NCBI RefSeq assembly: GCF_902459465.1 | Contig: NC_047081.1 | Coordinates: 9,176,001-9,240,000 of the forward strand | Length of the DNA: 64,000 bases | DNA from: Asterias rubens | Lineage: Eukaryota | Direction: 5' to 3' | Part shown: positions 25,184-37,700 of the stretch, piece after piece | Position numbering within the stretch: the stretch's first letter is position 1 | How the letters are laid out: each line of letters begins with the position of its first letter | Made by a program: the position numbers and the translations under genes | The notes under the pieces: generated by a model | Seen by the model: only the letters and a program-made list of their open reading frames with translations | What the model was told of the DNA's origin: nothing | The model's database searches: none

Positions 25184-27245
25184 ATTGTGACGGGACTCGA
25201 TCGAGCGTTCTGAGTCAATCTTCAGACATAAAATATTCATAAATACTCAGACAAAAAAATATTTGATGTACTTTGCAAAAATGCCAATTAAAAAGAAGAT
25301 TTTGGTGTTATAAGATTACATAATTTCCCTGAAATAGGTGTTTTCTGCACGAGGTGGCAGAAGCGGAAAGGATGCTTCTTTAAATTGTAATTCTTCCTAT
25401 TATGTATATTCAGATAATATCAAAGTGATTTTTAATCAGAGTACCATGGCCCTTTGTGAAACCATGGTGCTGGGCTTGGGCTTTGGGCTTAGGCTCTGTC
25501 GGTTATTTAGAAAACGTGCACTTTCCATAATCAGGCTGACGGTTTCCAAGCCGGAGCCCTAACCTAAAAGCCTGCGTGTTTTCGAAAACGGTCTATTCAG
25601 GCATGTGAAATTTCCTCTTTTAAGCTGATTTCCTCTTTATTGAGGATTTGATTTTCCTCTCTTTTGTTCTTCACTTTCTGTGTACAAAAATACCTATCGG
25701 AATATTATCCTTACGGTGTTTTTTTCTTGCCCGGTTTTTATCTTTTCCTCTTCTTTCTTGGATAGGTACTCACATGCCTGTCTCATTTCACTTGGACACT
25801 GCTATACCCCGTAATCTCGGTTGTGTTATATTAATTGCTATTTTATACAAATGATACATTTATAGAAAAGGTCTTCAAATGATGACGGCCAAAAGTAAAT
25901 ATCCTTTTCATTAAGATTGCAAGAAATGAGGATCAAATTAAGGGCTATATTTAATCGGAATGTCTATCCGCTTTATATTAATTTGTTGCGTGTGAATACA
26001 AACTAAAGTAATGGGTGCCATTTTTTTTTAAATTCACGAATTAAAACGTCTGTTAAAAACAGATACATACGGAAGCCCATTAGTGCCATGTTGCGTTTTT
26101 TAGGTCGTGGAACTGTTTCTCTCTTACCAGGTGAAAGAGAAACGCGTCCATGTGAAGAAAAAACGCGTCGTAGCACATAAGGGACTCCGTATTCTGCTTG
26201 TATTATAATCTATAATGATGGTGCAATTTGTTTATGTCACGAACCGAAACTATAACTGAAATGTTGAGAAATTAATACTATGTTTGTTTTTGTTTTATCT
26301 ATAAAATATTTTAAGCTTGTACTTGGGACAGAGTTAGATTACCCTTAAAGTTTGTCTAATAAATCTACTCATTAAATTGCCGGCATCTGGACTTCGATTT
26401 GTTCTGCTTTGTCTTTTTTTTTCCATGTTAAGTTCAATCACAAATCGCATTTTGGTCGATGAACTTTTCTGTACGACACATTGGTCATTAAACAATTTAC
26501 AACCTCAGATATTATTCACACTTGGCGTAGCTGCATGGTGTTGTGTCCTTAAAGGTAACGTCATAATGACGTCATGGCCTGTCACGGTCACTTGACATCA
26601 CATTAAAGGGGCACCACGTCTAACCTTTGACCTTTGACCAAACACCTAACCGATATCTTGCGAACGAAACATAGCACAGTGAAAATCGTTATGTAAGAGG
26701 CTTGGTCGGCCATACACTACGCCGTCACGTATCAAGTAAAATCACATAACAGATACTGGCCGTTGTTGAAGTCGTATACACGTACTAAGTACACGTCTGA
26801 GTTGATTCTTGGTACGTATACATGTACATAGATCAAAGTTGAGGTGACGTCACTTTACGTCACCACGTGAACTGTCGTGATTTGTATTGTAAGTGTTGAC
26901 CACTTACCTTAGATCTTACGACGGAAACATGCTTTTTTTATTCTTGCAATTATTGTTTTGTACATGTCATAATTTGAATACGTTAGAATGTCGTATCTAT
27001 GACGTCTGGGGCGTCACTTGATAACAACTTTAATAAAGGTCTTACATAGGGTAGAGGAGTCTGTCTCCTGCCATCAAACGCATTCTCATGATCAATCTAG
27101 CTTGCTATCTTCTTTCTTGGTGATATGGATCTATGCCGATGTCAGATGCAATTGTGTCCGCCATGCAATACTGTCCGCTCCAGACACTTTTGCATATGCA
27201 GTTGTGTCCGGGGCTATGCAAAAACCGTCCGGTAGACATGTCTCC

Positions 27246-27373
27246 ACTTCAGAGGGAGCCGTTTCTCACAATGTTTTTATACTACCAACCTCTCTCCATT
27301 ACTTGATACCAATAAAAATTAAGGTTTTGTGCTAATAATTATTTTGAGTAATTACCAATAGTGTCCAATGCCT
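27246..27373. mobile_element. Kolobok-type MITE family 1, one end only
   Basis: Core plus end accaatagtgtccaatgcct|ttaa. Confidence 0.65.
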
Positions 27374-28564
27374 TTAATAGGGAGTGGTGTGTCCATGTGG
27401 ATGTAAAACTCAATGGGCCCTCATATTGTTCACATCAAAATACCCATACATGTAATGTATTGACAGTGGGTTTTGGTTTGTGTAACGTGAAGTGGCACTG
27501 TGGAGAGGAGCACAACATTTTTGCCGTCCAGTAATGACGATGTTTACGGAGGTCTGGAGGTGCCATCCGACTTTATTGAGATCCTTAAGTAATTTATTGC
27601 AGAATGACGCCATCATAAACGTAAGATGACGACATCTTGAGATGTCCCTTTTATCCTGAAAGTACAGCTTCTTTCCCATGATGATTTATCTTTGGTTGTC
27701 GACATTTTCAGGATTTGCATCACGCTGAGATAATGTATCTCGGGGAAATCGACCTTTTACTCTCGACATCGTAAGAATAGAAGTTATCGCAACACAAACA
27801 GGGGTGTTAATTTAACACCATGGGTGTTGCAACACATAGATACAAACAAAAGGATCACAATTTGCACAATAGGGTGTTAAAATAACATGCTTTGTCTTTA
27901 AAAACAATTACATTTGTGTCATTTTTAACATCCTATTGATGTTAATTTTGATTTTCTGTTCGGTATAACACCTAGGCCAATGGTGTAAATTTTAACACCA
28001 CAGTTTTTTTTTTGCAGTAGGAAGATGACATCTTACTTAAGGATGTCGTCATCCCAAGATCAACCATCCCAGGGTGACGTTATCTGAAGTCAAGGTGGCG
28101 TCGTCGTCTGCAGAGTACAGTATCGGGATCTCAATATATCGAATGGCACGTCCAGAGTTCCGTACTTTATTATGTTGAAACCCGTTGCCATTAATTTACA
28201 TGCATAACCTGTGTGTGTAGTTGTCATTATGGGGTTATCTTTTAAGCCTATTATTGTGGGATCAGTTTTAAAGACCTGGACACTATTGGTAATAATTGTC
28301 AAAACTTATCAACCAGTTATGGTATGTTTTGGTATTATATCATATTAACTTGTTAATATGTTTTTACATGCTGAAATCATTTTCGTCTTACTCAGGCGAA
28401 AATTATTTTGTGACTTGTTTTACTCAATTCTCAATAACTACGAGACCTCAGTAAGTAATATTTGAAGGGAAGCTTTCCGCTGTCATTATCTTCAAACCAT
28501 GGTGGTAGAAATAACACCCTGTAAGTTTAATGTAAATCCGTGGACATTTTGAAAAAGTACCCGG

Positions 28565-29057
28565 TGTGGCGGTTTCAGTCTTCCGCCGTGTTCAGTTTTC
28601 CGGGTGACGTAGTCGGACATATCAGCACGTTGTTCGAACGGTTTTAGCTTTCCGGCGTGTTCAGTTTTCCGGGTGACCTGTCAGATACCGCCGCGAGTAC
28701 CCTGGCGAGTACTGTAGTTCTCTCAGCAGTGACCCCAAATTGTTTATATTACGATTCTTTTCTGTGTAGTCACATAATCTCTTGGCCCCATCGTTACATG
28801 TATTCATGGGCACAACTTTAGGCGCAGGTCACACTCTGCTTGCATAAAAAAAAAAACTCATACGATCCACGCGTTTGCCGCTAGTTGTACTCGACTCGTG
28901 GACGCCGCCATGACAGCTACCGGAGGGTAACGGATGGCTCAATACGGCACTAAAAATTGACTATTTTCGCTTGCTGTGCGCAGGCATCTCATGACGTAAT
29001 GCTACCGTATTTGGTCATTCGGAAAACTGAACACAGCGGAAAGTTGAAAGCGCCACA
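28565..29057. mobile_element. Non-autonomous Ginger1-type DNA transposon
   Basis: TGTGGCG...CGCCACA termini, about 45-bp imperfect TIRs, CCGG duplicated at 28561-28564 and 29058-29061. Confidence 0.7.
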
Positions 29058-29368
29058 CCGGATCCTTTAAGAGATTATTATGCAATGACCAGCAATACCT
29101 GGAATGTACATGTGTTGACAAGGGATTGGTTTTTTGACCTGACGTTTGAAGATGTGATTAGTGTTGCGTCACGTAATACGTTGTGTAAAGATCATCTATT
29201 ATACACTGTACATGGCTCTTGTATTGTGTTACACGTGTACGATATCGCAACGGAATGTGCCAGCACTCTTTTTCACAATAATAGCCCTAGCCCAACATCG
29301 ACACACCCATTACCCCCACTTTAGTACCAACAAGAGAACATCATCATTTGACGAAGAAAACAATCAAA

Positions 29369-32300
29369 ATGGCGTCTTACAAGTTAGAATATTTTGATGT
29401 TCGTGGCCGCGGAGAGGTCACACGTATGCTGTTAGCTTTGGCCGGCAAGAAATTCGAAGATGTACGGATCTCACTGGAACAGTATACTGATGAATATAAG
29501 AAAAGTAAGTGACAATTTTATTTTTTTATTGTTTTTTAGTTCAGGAGGATTCTAAAACTAATTGTGCGCAACAAATAACTTTTTGGGGGATTATTTAAAA
29601 AGTTGTGTTCATATAGCTCGACGGGCCCTATTGTTATAGCAAACAATTCTAACCGCCAAAAGGTATCGTACATTGTTTAATGATAGTCAGAAAACGTACT
29701 GGATATAAAGTTCATAGTATTTTTGTTTCTGATTAGAAGTGTTTCACTTTGGAATAAAGTCATTTTCGATTAGACTGTTATCGAAAAAATCCTTTAAAAA
29801 CGCAACAGCTGATTTAATTGTTTCTAAATGATATATGAACACACTCCCGTTGACTCAAAAAAAAACCGCATTGAACCTAAATTGTAAAAAGGTTGATCAC
29901 ACACACAAAAAGGAAGACTGTTTAATAGTTTAAATATTTGTCTGACTATAATTGTTTTTTTTTTAATGCAGAGCTTCCTTGTGGACAACTTCCTGTATTT
30001 GATGTAGACGGCAAGCAACTCGTTGACAGTGCAGCTATTAATTCTTACCTCGCTAGAGAGTTTGGTAAGTATATTTATTAACAATTATTTCTTGTTTCCT
30101 ATATGTAAGTAATTAATTCGAGAATGAACCCAAAAAACTACTGCTCTCTCATGGATCCCAGATCATATAAAAGTGGACAAGTATAACTTAAAGAGTTTTA
30201 GGGAACTGTTTGATTATTTTAAAGGCACTGGACACTATTGGTAATTGGTAAGCAAGTCTGCGCGAATTCGAACATTGCGACCCCTTCAACTGCTCAAATT
30301 ATGGGTGCGTTCGATTACCTTCCCCGGGTCGACCCCGATCTTCCCCCGGTAAGTTGACGTAAATCCTGGGGCTCACCGGGTCAACCCCAAGTGCCCGGCT
30401 TGTGCAATGGGTCACCTGGGGCTGGTCTTGGGTGCATGACGTCACCACTAGAGGGTGAGTGATCGTTCGATTAGCTCTTTACATGGGCTCACCCGATTGA
30501 GCACCGCGGGGTCGACCAGGGAAGCTAATCGAACGCACCCTAACTTTCCTCCACTGGGTGGTTAAAAAGCGATGAAGGCCTACGTACGTGTGACCCAAAA
30601 AAGTTCAAAACTCGCGAGACTGGCACTGCGGGGGCCGCCATGGTTAAATCATTGATTGATTACCCTATTTAAGTATTCGGTGATCGATCACACAGTGAGT
30701 TTGCACTATGATGAGAAATGCCAAGTTGACCTTTTTTTGTGTCTTTGTCTTTCAGGGTATTACGGTTCTAGCAGTTGGGAGGCCGCACTAATTGACCAAG
30801 TTGTTGGCGTTGTTAGCGATATTTGGACCCCTCTTATCGAGACAGTTTTTATGCCAGACGAAGCAGCTCAGGTGAGGACTTAAGGGATCTGTATACGTAT
30901 GGTATTGACTCTGAAAGTGTATGGCAATTAAAGCTTTACGTGGTAAGATCTGCTTTACGTAATGTGTATGTTCGATGTCCCTTCAGGGGCACCGTAAGTT
31001 CGCAATGATGATCTACCATGATGTACGCGCGTCAAAATTTTAAACCTTCGCGTTTTTCAGCTGGGGATAAATCATTCTAAATCTTTGATGTGTCTTCTTA
31101 TTTATCTCCTTAGATAGCAAAGCAGAAGGAGCTCTTTGATGGAAAAGTTCAGGGTTTCATGAAGTTTCTTGAAGATGCGCTGTGCAAGAATGGGGAGGGA
31201 GATGGGTTCTTCGTTGGTGATAAGGTGGGTGTGTCTTTGCTTTGGGGGTAATGCGGACATCACGTCACAAGGAAACTCTGTTTTGATAGTCTTAGTTTAT
31301 AGGGAGCAACCCCAGGAATTGCACACCATGTTGGACGGTTCAAATAGCCATTTGCTCCATAGTAAGCTAGAAGGTTTAATGAGCAGATGGGGAAAAGTGT
31401 TGGAACCCACAGAAACCTTGTGAGCACAGGCTGTCAGCTGGAAGCCTGCTGTACGAAGAACAAAAGCCCCACTTAATACCCGAGGGTTAGATCTGGGTTA
31501 GTCTGTATTCCTATATACAATTTGTGCACGTAATGAGAGTGACAAAATCAGACTCTCAACAAAAAAGTTACACTCAGGGACCGGACCCCCCCCCCCCAAC
31601 CCCCTCCGGTCAGGGATATGACGGACTTTGACTCCTCCAGGGCGTTGCATTTTGAATTAACAGTGAACAGTGAATTAAATAAACAGGGCTTTTGCTATAC
31701 TCTCCATCACTTAAATACACTGGACACTATTGGTAATTGTCAAAGACCAGTCTTCTCACTTGGTGTATCTCAACATAAATATGCATAAAATAACAAACTT
31801 GTGAAAATTTGAGCTCAATCGATCATTAAAGTTGAGAGATAAGTTGTGTGCTTTCAGATGCTTGATTTCGAGACCTCAAATTCTAAACTTGAGGTCTCGA
31901 AATCAAAATCGTGGAAAATTAAGTTCTTTCTCGAAAACTACGCCACTTCAGAGGGATCCGTTTCTCACAATGTTTTATACAATCAACAGGTTTTTTGCCA
32001 TTAATTATTTTGAGTAATTACCAATAGTGTCCACTGCCTTTAAAGGTTTTACTCATGAAGAGTAATCCCATAACAATGTGCTGAGTGGTTTTGGAAAATA
32101 AACCGACCTGAGTTTATGATATTAATGACATTGTATGACAGGGATCTAGATCCGTGTGTGAGCTGGGCCCAATTTCATGGCTCTGCTTACCGCAAAATTA
32201 TGCGCTTACGTTATCATAGAATAATTGTGTGCCACAATGGTACCGTAAGCGCAGAACTCTGTGGTAAGCAGAGCCATGAAATTGGGCCCTGATTGCTTGA

Positions 32301-32588
32301 TAGCCAATACAGTTATTTGTTAAACTGTTAATATTAATATAGCTAACCTATAGAGGGCGCTTGGACCCGGCAATAGCAATTTAAACATTGTCTTTTGGTT
32401 TATTTTGTTGTTGACAGATCTCTCTTGCTGATCTGAATTTTCACACCGCCATGGAAAGTCTGGAGAATCTAAAATACACCGACAAGAACTTGGATAAATA
32501 TCCCAAGTTAGCAGCCCTCCGAACTCGCATCTCTGCCGATAAAGGCCTCTCTGAATATCTCGCTGCAAGACCGACGCGTCCTATATAG
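29369..32588 (+). CDS. Glutathione S-transferase, sigma class (GST-1, subtype A), 208 aa
   Basis: Exons 29369-29504, 29972-30064, 30756-30871, 31114-31224, 32418-32588, all GT-AG and in frame. MASYKLEYFDVRGRGE...LPCGQLP...FFVGDKISLADL...YLAARP. Confidence 0.93.
30303..30540. mobile_element. GGGTGCGTTCG-family MITE in GST-1 intron 2
   Basis: TIRs as at 20059. Confidence 0.75.
31715..32039. mobile_element. Kolobok-type MITE family 1 in GST-1 intron 4
   Basis: TIRs, TTAA flanks. Confidence 0.8.
32166..32288. mobile_element. PIF/Harbinger-type MITE (short subfamily)
   Basis: TIR GGCCCAATTTCATGGCTCTGCTTACC, CTG flanks. Confidence 0.75.
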
Positions 32589-33514
32589 ACTAACTATGAT
32601 GAACAACCATGAACAGGGTCTAATGTGTAAAGAGTAAGCACAAAAAGAAGCTAAGCCCAACAAAATAATAATGCTTTCCAGAATAAGGTTACCAGCCAAA
32701 TAACATTGTTCGACATGTACGATTTAATTGTGCCTGGTATCCTGCTCATGCTTGTTAGAAATTTTGTTAAGCAATATGCCTTTTTGCTGCTTAAGCAGCT
32801 CTTGAAGCTGGACCTTGAATCTTGATTGGACTGAACGCTGCAGTAAACGAGTTACGTTTATTGTAACATACGCCATTAAATAACTCAAAATGTTACAAGA
32901 AGCTTTATTGATTTTTTGTTTTCTTACTAATTGTTATTTTTGAGTTTTGAGTAAGTGAAAGGGTAGGTACACCCGTATAAACTATTTCCAACCCACCCCC
33001 CCCCCCCCTTGCTGTCTCACATGTATTAGATAGATATGTAGATAATATAGATATGCATTTTATTGTCAAAAAATTGTTTTAAATATAACATTTGGAATTC
33101 AACTCAGGTCAAAATGACAATAGGTCTACATGTAATAACAGTATACTAATTATTAATGCTCACAGTTTGTTCAACCTCAAATATATTACAACTTAATCAG
33201 CAAAAGACAGTACGAAACATAGGGGTGAATGTGCCACACTAAGCAGTTATCAGTAACTGTCGTAGTATTTTAATGCTGATGTGTATAGGCACAGCTTATC
33301 AACAAAGATACAATAAAAGTCTTCTGTGAAACTTAAAGTTGAAAACAATGTCTACTTTTATTGAGAAAACAGTTCAAATTATGTTGGTTAGTATGAAGAC
33401 GTTAAACACATGGGACCTATAATTAGAGTGTAATTTACGTCATTAATGTGAACACGAACAAATTTGGCAACACTCCCCCCCCCCCCCCCCGCAGAATCGT
33501 TCTTCATCGTTTTG

Positions 33515-33692
33515 TTAATCGTGAATCCAGTACGCTTGGGGGCGCTCTTTAAGATGCTCAGCGAGTTCGTTTTCTGCTAAACGATCTCTCAGTCCCACCA
33601 GCATTGGGTAGTTTTCCCAGTTCCTTGTTGGCATAAGATGGCTTTTCGAACCACTCCATGGTGACGAAGAAAATTACGTCAGCAAGCGCAGC
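33515..33692 (-). pseudogene. Orphan last exon of a subtype-B sigma GST with +1 frameshift
   Basis: Near-identical to GST-3 exon 5 (LADVIFFVTMEWFEKPSYANK) with acceptor at 33693. Extra C (gttttcccag vs gttttccag) shifts the frame. 3' UTR homology 33030-33510 vs 40395-40970. No exons 1-4 found upstream. Confidence 0.88.
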
Positions 33693-34029
33693 CTGAGGAG
33701 GGATGAAAATAGAAAATAATTGTTTTTTCAATAATTTCAGTGTGACTATAAACAAAAAGTCGACCTATAACCATCCAAAAAACAAGTGTATTGTCTGTTG
33801 ACATCTGATTGTGAATACAAGGACTCTCAAAGAAGCGAAGCTTAAATTTAACATCTATTAATCATTATTCTAGCAAAGAACCCCGTGCGAGAAAAGACTA
33901 TATTATGGCGAAAACACAGAGACTTTGTTGACTTTATGCTATGTAGGCTCTTATTAATATTTTGGCTTCGTCCCACCCGACCGTCATTTTGCGTCGCGAC
34001 CAATTTTGTTTTCATGTCACACACCTTTG

Positions 34030-34389
34030 GTTATTTTCAAAGACCATTATTCTTACTTGGTGTACAAATTGTATCTAAAGATATGCAGATAATGACAAAT
34101 CTGTGAACATTTTGAGTCAGTTATTGTTTATCGCAGTTGCAGGAGAATACTGAAAGAAGAAAAACACCTATTGTTGCACACACTTGTATGCTTTTAGACG
34201 CCTCTGAAAGGCTTCAGGCCTGAAATCTTTTAATATTTGAGTGAGATTGCCCCTTTCTTAAAGACTACCTCCTTAAGAGAGCCGTTTCTCACTTTGACTA
34301 TTATTATAGCTCTCCATTGCTCGTTGTACCAAGTAAGATTTTTTTTTCTAAAACTTATTTTAAGAACTACCAATCGTGTCCAGTGCCTT
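34030..34389. mobile_element. Kolobok-type MITE, diverged copy
   Basis: Family core; end accaatcgtgtccagtgcct. Confidence 0.55.
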
Positions 34390-34739
34390 CTTGAAGCATG
34401 GAGCAATGCTAAAGCATGGAGCAATTGCTCCATACCTCCATGCTTTAGAGAATATTATGCAATACCCAACAATAACTACCTGGAATGTACATGTGTTGAC
34501 ATAACAAGGGATTGGTGTTTTTACCTGTGAAGATGGGATTATCGATGCGTCACGTATACATTGTATACATGTCTCTTGCATTGTGTTGAATGTATAGGAA
34601 GAATTACACGTGTACGATATCACAACGGAATGTGCCAACACTCCTTTTCACTGTAAAAGCCTCTAGCACCTCGTCGACCATCGACACACCCATTACCCCA
34701 TTTTGGTGCCGGCATCATCATTTGACGAAGAGGGAAAAA

Positions 34740-37700
34740 ATGGCGTCTTACAAGCTAGAATATTATGATTGCCGTGGGCGCGGAGAGGTTACACGTATGC
34801 TGTTAGCTTTGGCCGACAAGAAGTACGAAGATGTACGCTACTCATTGGAAGAGTCTCATGACGAGTTAAAGAAAAGTAAGTGACTTTCTCCTTTATTTTT
34901 TTGTTAAGGCAGTGGACACTTTTGGTAATAATTATGCTCAAAATGTTCACTAATATCTAGCCTACTTGGTAAGGAGTAATGGGGAGTGGTTTAAACATTG
35001 TGAGAAACGGCTCCCTCTGAAGTAACGTAGTTTTCGAGAAAGAAGTAATTTTCCACGAATTTGATTTTGAGACCTCAGAATTAGATTTTGAGGTCTCGAA
35101 ATCAAGCATCTTAGAGCACACAGTGTGACAAGGTACGTGTTTTTTCTTTCCGTCGCAACTTATACGACCAATTGAGTTCAAATTGTCACAGGTTTCTCGC
35201 ACCCGTGACACGTTGAGATACACCGAGTGAGAAGACTGGTCATTGACAATAATTGTTACCAATATAGTGTCTAGTTTCTTTAAGACGGAAATATGCTGTT
35301 TAAAAAACTCTTGCTAATAATGTTGTGAACGTGTCATAATTACAATACAAAGATTGTCGTTTACATGACGTCATTGAGGGTCACTTGATAATAACTTAAA
35401 GGTGTTCCTATTTGTTCCTTTTGGGTTAAAGGTAGAGGCGTCTGTCTCCTGCCATCAAAGTCATTTTAAGCATCAATTTAGTTTTCTATCTTCTTCATCT
35501 AACATTTAACAATAGTGTCCAGTGTCTTTAAGTTCAAGGAGAATTCTAAAAAACATGTGCCAAGCTAACTTTTGAGGGATTAGTTAAAAAGTCACTCTCT
35601 TTTAAAGATGGATTAATTTAATTAGGATTTGGGTAAATAGACAGTGCGTTGATAGAAGCTAAGGTGTCTTATAATTATAAAAGTTTAATAATTAAAACAT
35701 TCGTCTAATTATAACTGTTTGATTTTTCAATGCAGAGCTACCTTGTGGACAACTTCCTGTATTTTATGTAGACGGCAAACAACTCGTCGATAGTTCAGCT
35801 ATTAATTCGTACCTGGCCAGAGAGTTTGGTAAATTTATTAATTATTTATTAATTATGTACTTTTTCCTAACAAAAAATACGATGTCCACAGATTTACATT
35901 AAACTTAAACAGTTTGAAGATTATGATAGTAGAAAGCTTCCCTTGAAATTTTACTTACTGAGGTGCTGTAGTTTTTGAGATATGAGTAAAAGTAATAACT
36001 TTCGTCTCAGTTTTAGCATGTAAAATCGTATTATTAACCAGTTATGCTATGCTTTTGGTATAATATCATAACTGGTTAAGGGGATTTTACATGCTAAAAT
36101 AATTTTGGCCTCATGATACCAAACGATTTTGTGACTTGTTTTACCCATTTCTCAAAACTACACAACCTTAGTTAGTAATATTTGAAGGGAAGCTTTCCAC
36201 TATCATTAGCTTCAAACCCTGTAAGTTTAATGTAAATCTGTGGACATTTTGAAAAAGTACCCAAATCCATTCAGTGAGAACCCCCCCCCCCCCCACCACA
36301 AAGAGCACTGCCTGTTTAGTATTTTATTAATAAGTGCAACGATTTGCCCCATGTGCAAATTCATTCATTAGTTGATTCATAAAAGGCACTGTACACGTTG
36401 GGTAATTGTAAAAGACCAGTCTTCTCACTTAGTGTATCCCATCATAAGCACAAAATAACAAGCCTGTGAAAATTTGGGCTCGATTGGTCATCGAAGTTGC
36501 GAGAAAATGATGAAAGAAAAAAAAACACCCTTTTTGGACGAATTCGTGTTCAGATAGTAACAAAAGACTTCTAGCTAGAAGTCTTTTAATATTTTACTGA
36601 GAAATTACCTCTTTCTCAAAAACTAAGTTACTTCGGAGGGAGCCGTTTCCCACAATGTCCTTTATCAACAGCTCGCCAATGCTCATTACTAAGTCAGTTT
36701 TTAAGTTAATATTATTTGTTCTGAGTAATTACCAAACGTGTACCTTCCCTTTTAAAACAAAATTCCCACAATAGCAACCAAAGGTCGAATTACAGGAAGT
36801 ATACAGAGATTAAAAAGTAGAACATGTTTACACTATTACCAGACATAATTGTTTTAAGACATAATTGTTTTAGGAGAGAACAAACATTTACAGTGAATAA
36901 AATACAATTGTTGAAAAAAGGGAGTGAACCAGTAACCTGGATAACACAAAATCATGGTGCAGCTCGGTGAATCATTAAAGGCACTGGGGCAGGCAGGACA
37001 CTATTGGTAATTACTCATAACTGTTAGCATAAAAAAACGTACTTGGTACCGAGCAGTGGGGAGAAGTCGATAGTATAAAACATTGTGAGAAATGGCTCCC
37101 TCTGAAGTAACGTAGTTTTCGAGAAAGAAGTGATTTTCCACGTATTTGATCTCGAGACCTCAGATTTCGATTTTGAGGTCCCGAAATCAAGCATCTGAAA
37201 GCACACAACTTCGTGTGACAAGCGTGTTGTTTTCTTCCATTATTATCTCGCAACTTGGTCTCGACGACCAGTATTGAGTTCAAACTTTCGCAGGTTTGTT
37301 ATTTTATGCATTATGTTAAGATACACCAAGTGAGACGACTGGTCTTTGACCAATGGTGTCCATAGTGTTTTTAATGTCAAGTTGTCTTGTGTCTTACTTT
37401 GTCTTTCAGGGTATTACGGTTCTAGCAGTTGGGAGGCCGCACTGATTGACCAAGTTGTTGGCGTTGTTGGTGATCTGTGGACCCCTCTTATCGAGACAGC
37501 TTTTATGCCAGACGAAGCAGCTCAGGTGAGGACGTGTTAGGGGTCTGCCCACGTGGTAATTACTCTGACAATGACAGGCAAAAAAGCTTACGTGGTAAGA
37601 AGTCCATCTGCTTTACGTGTGTACATTTAATTATCACAATGTCCCTTCAGACGCACCATAGGTTCGTGGTCAATGATCTGGGCCCAATTTCATAGAGCTG

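Noticed and set aside
26900-28560. Possible fifth GST remnant, since two segments resemble GST-2 intron DNA
   Set aside because: No GST exon sequence was found, and both segments are explained as repeat or cargo sequence.
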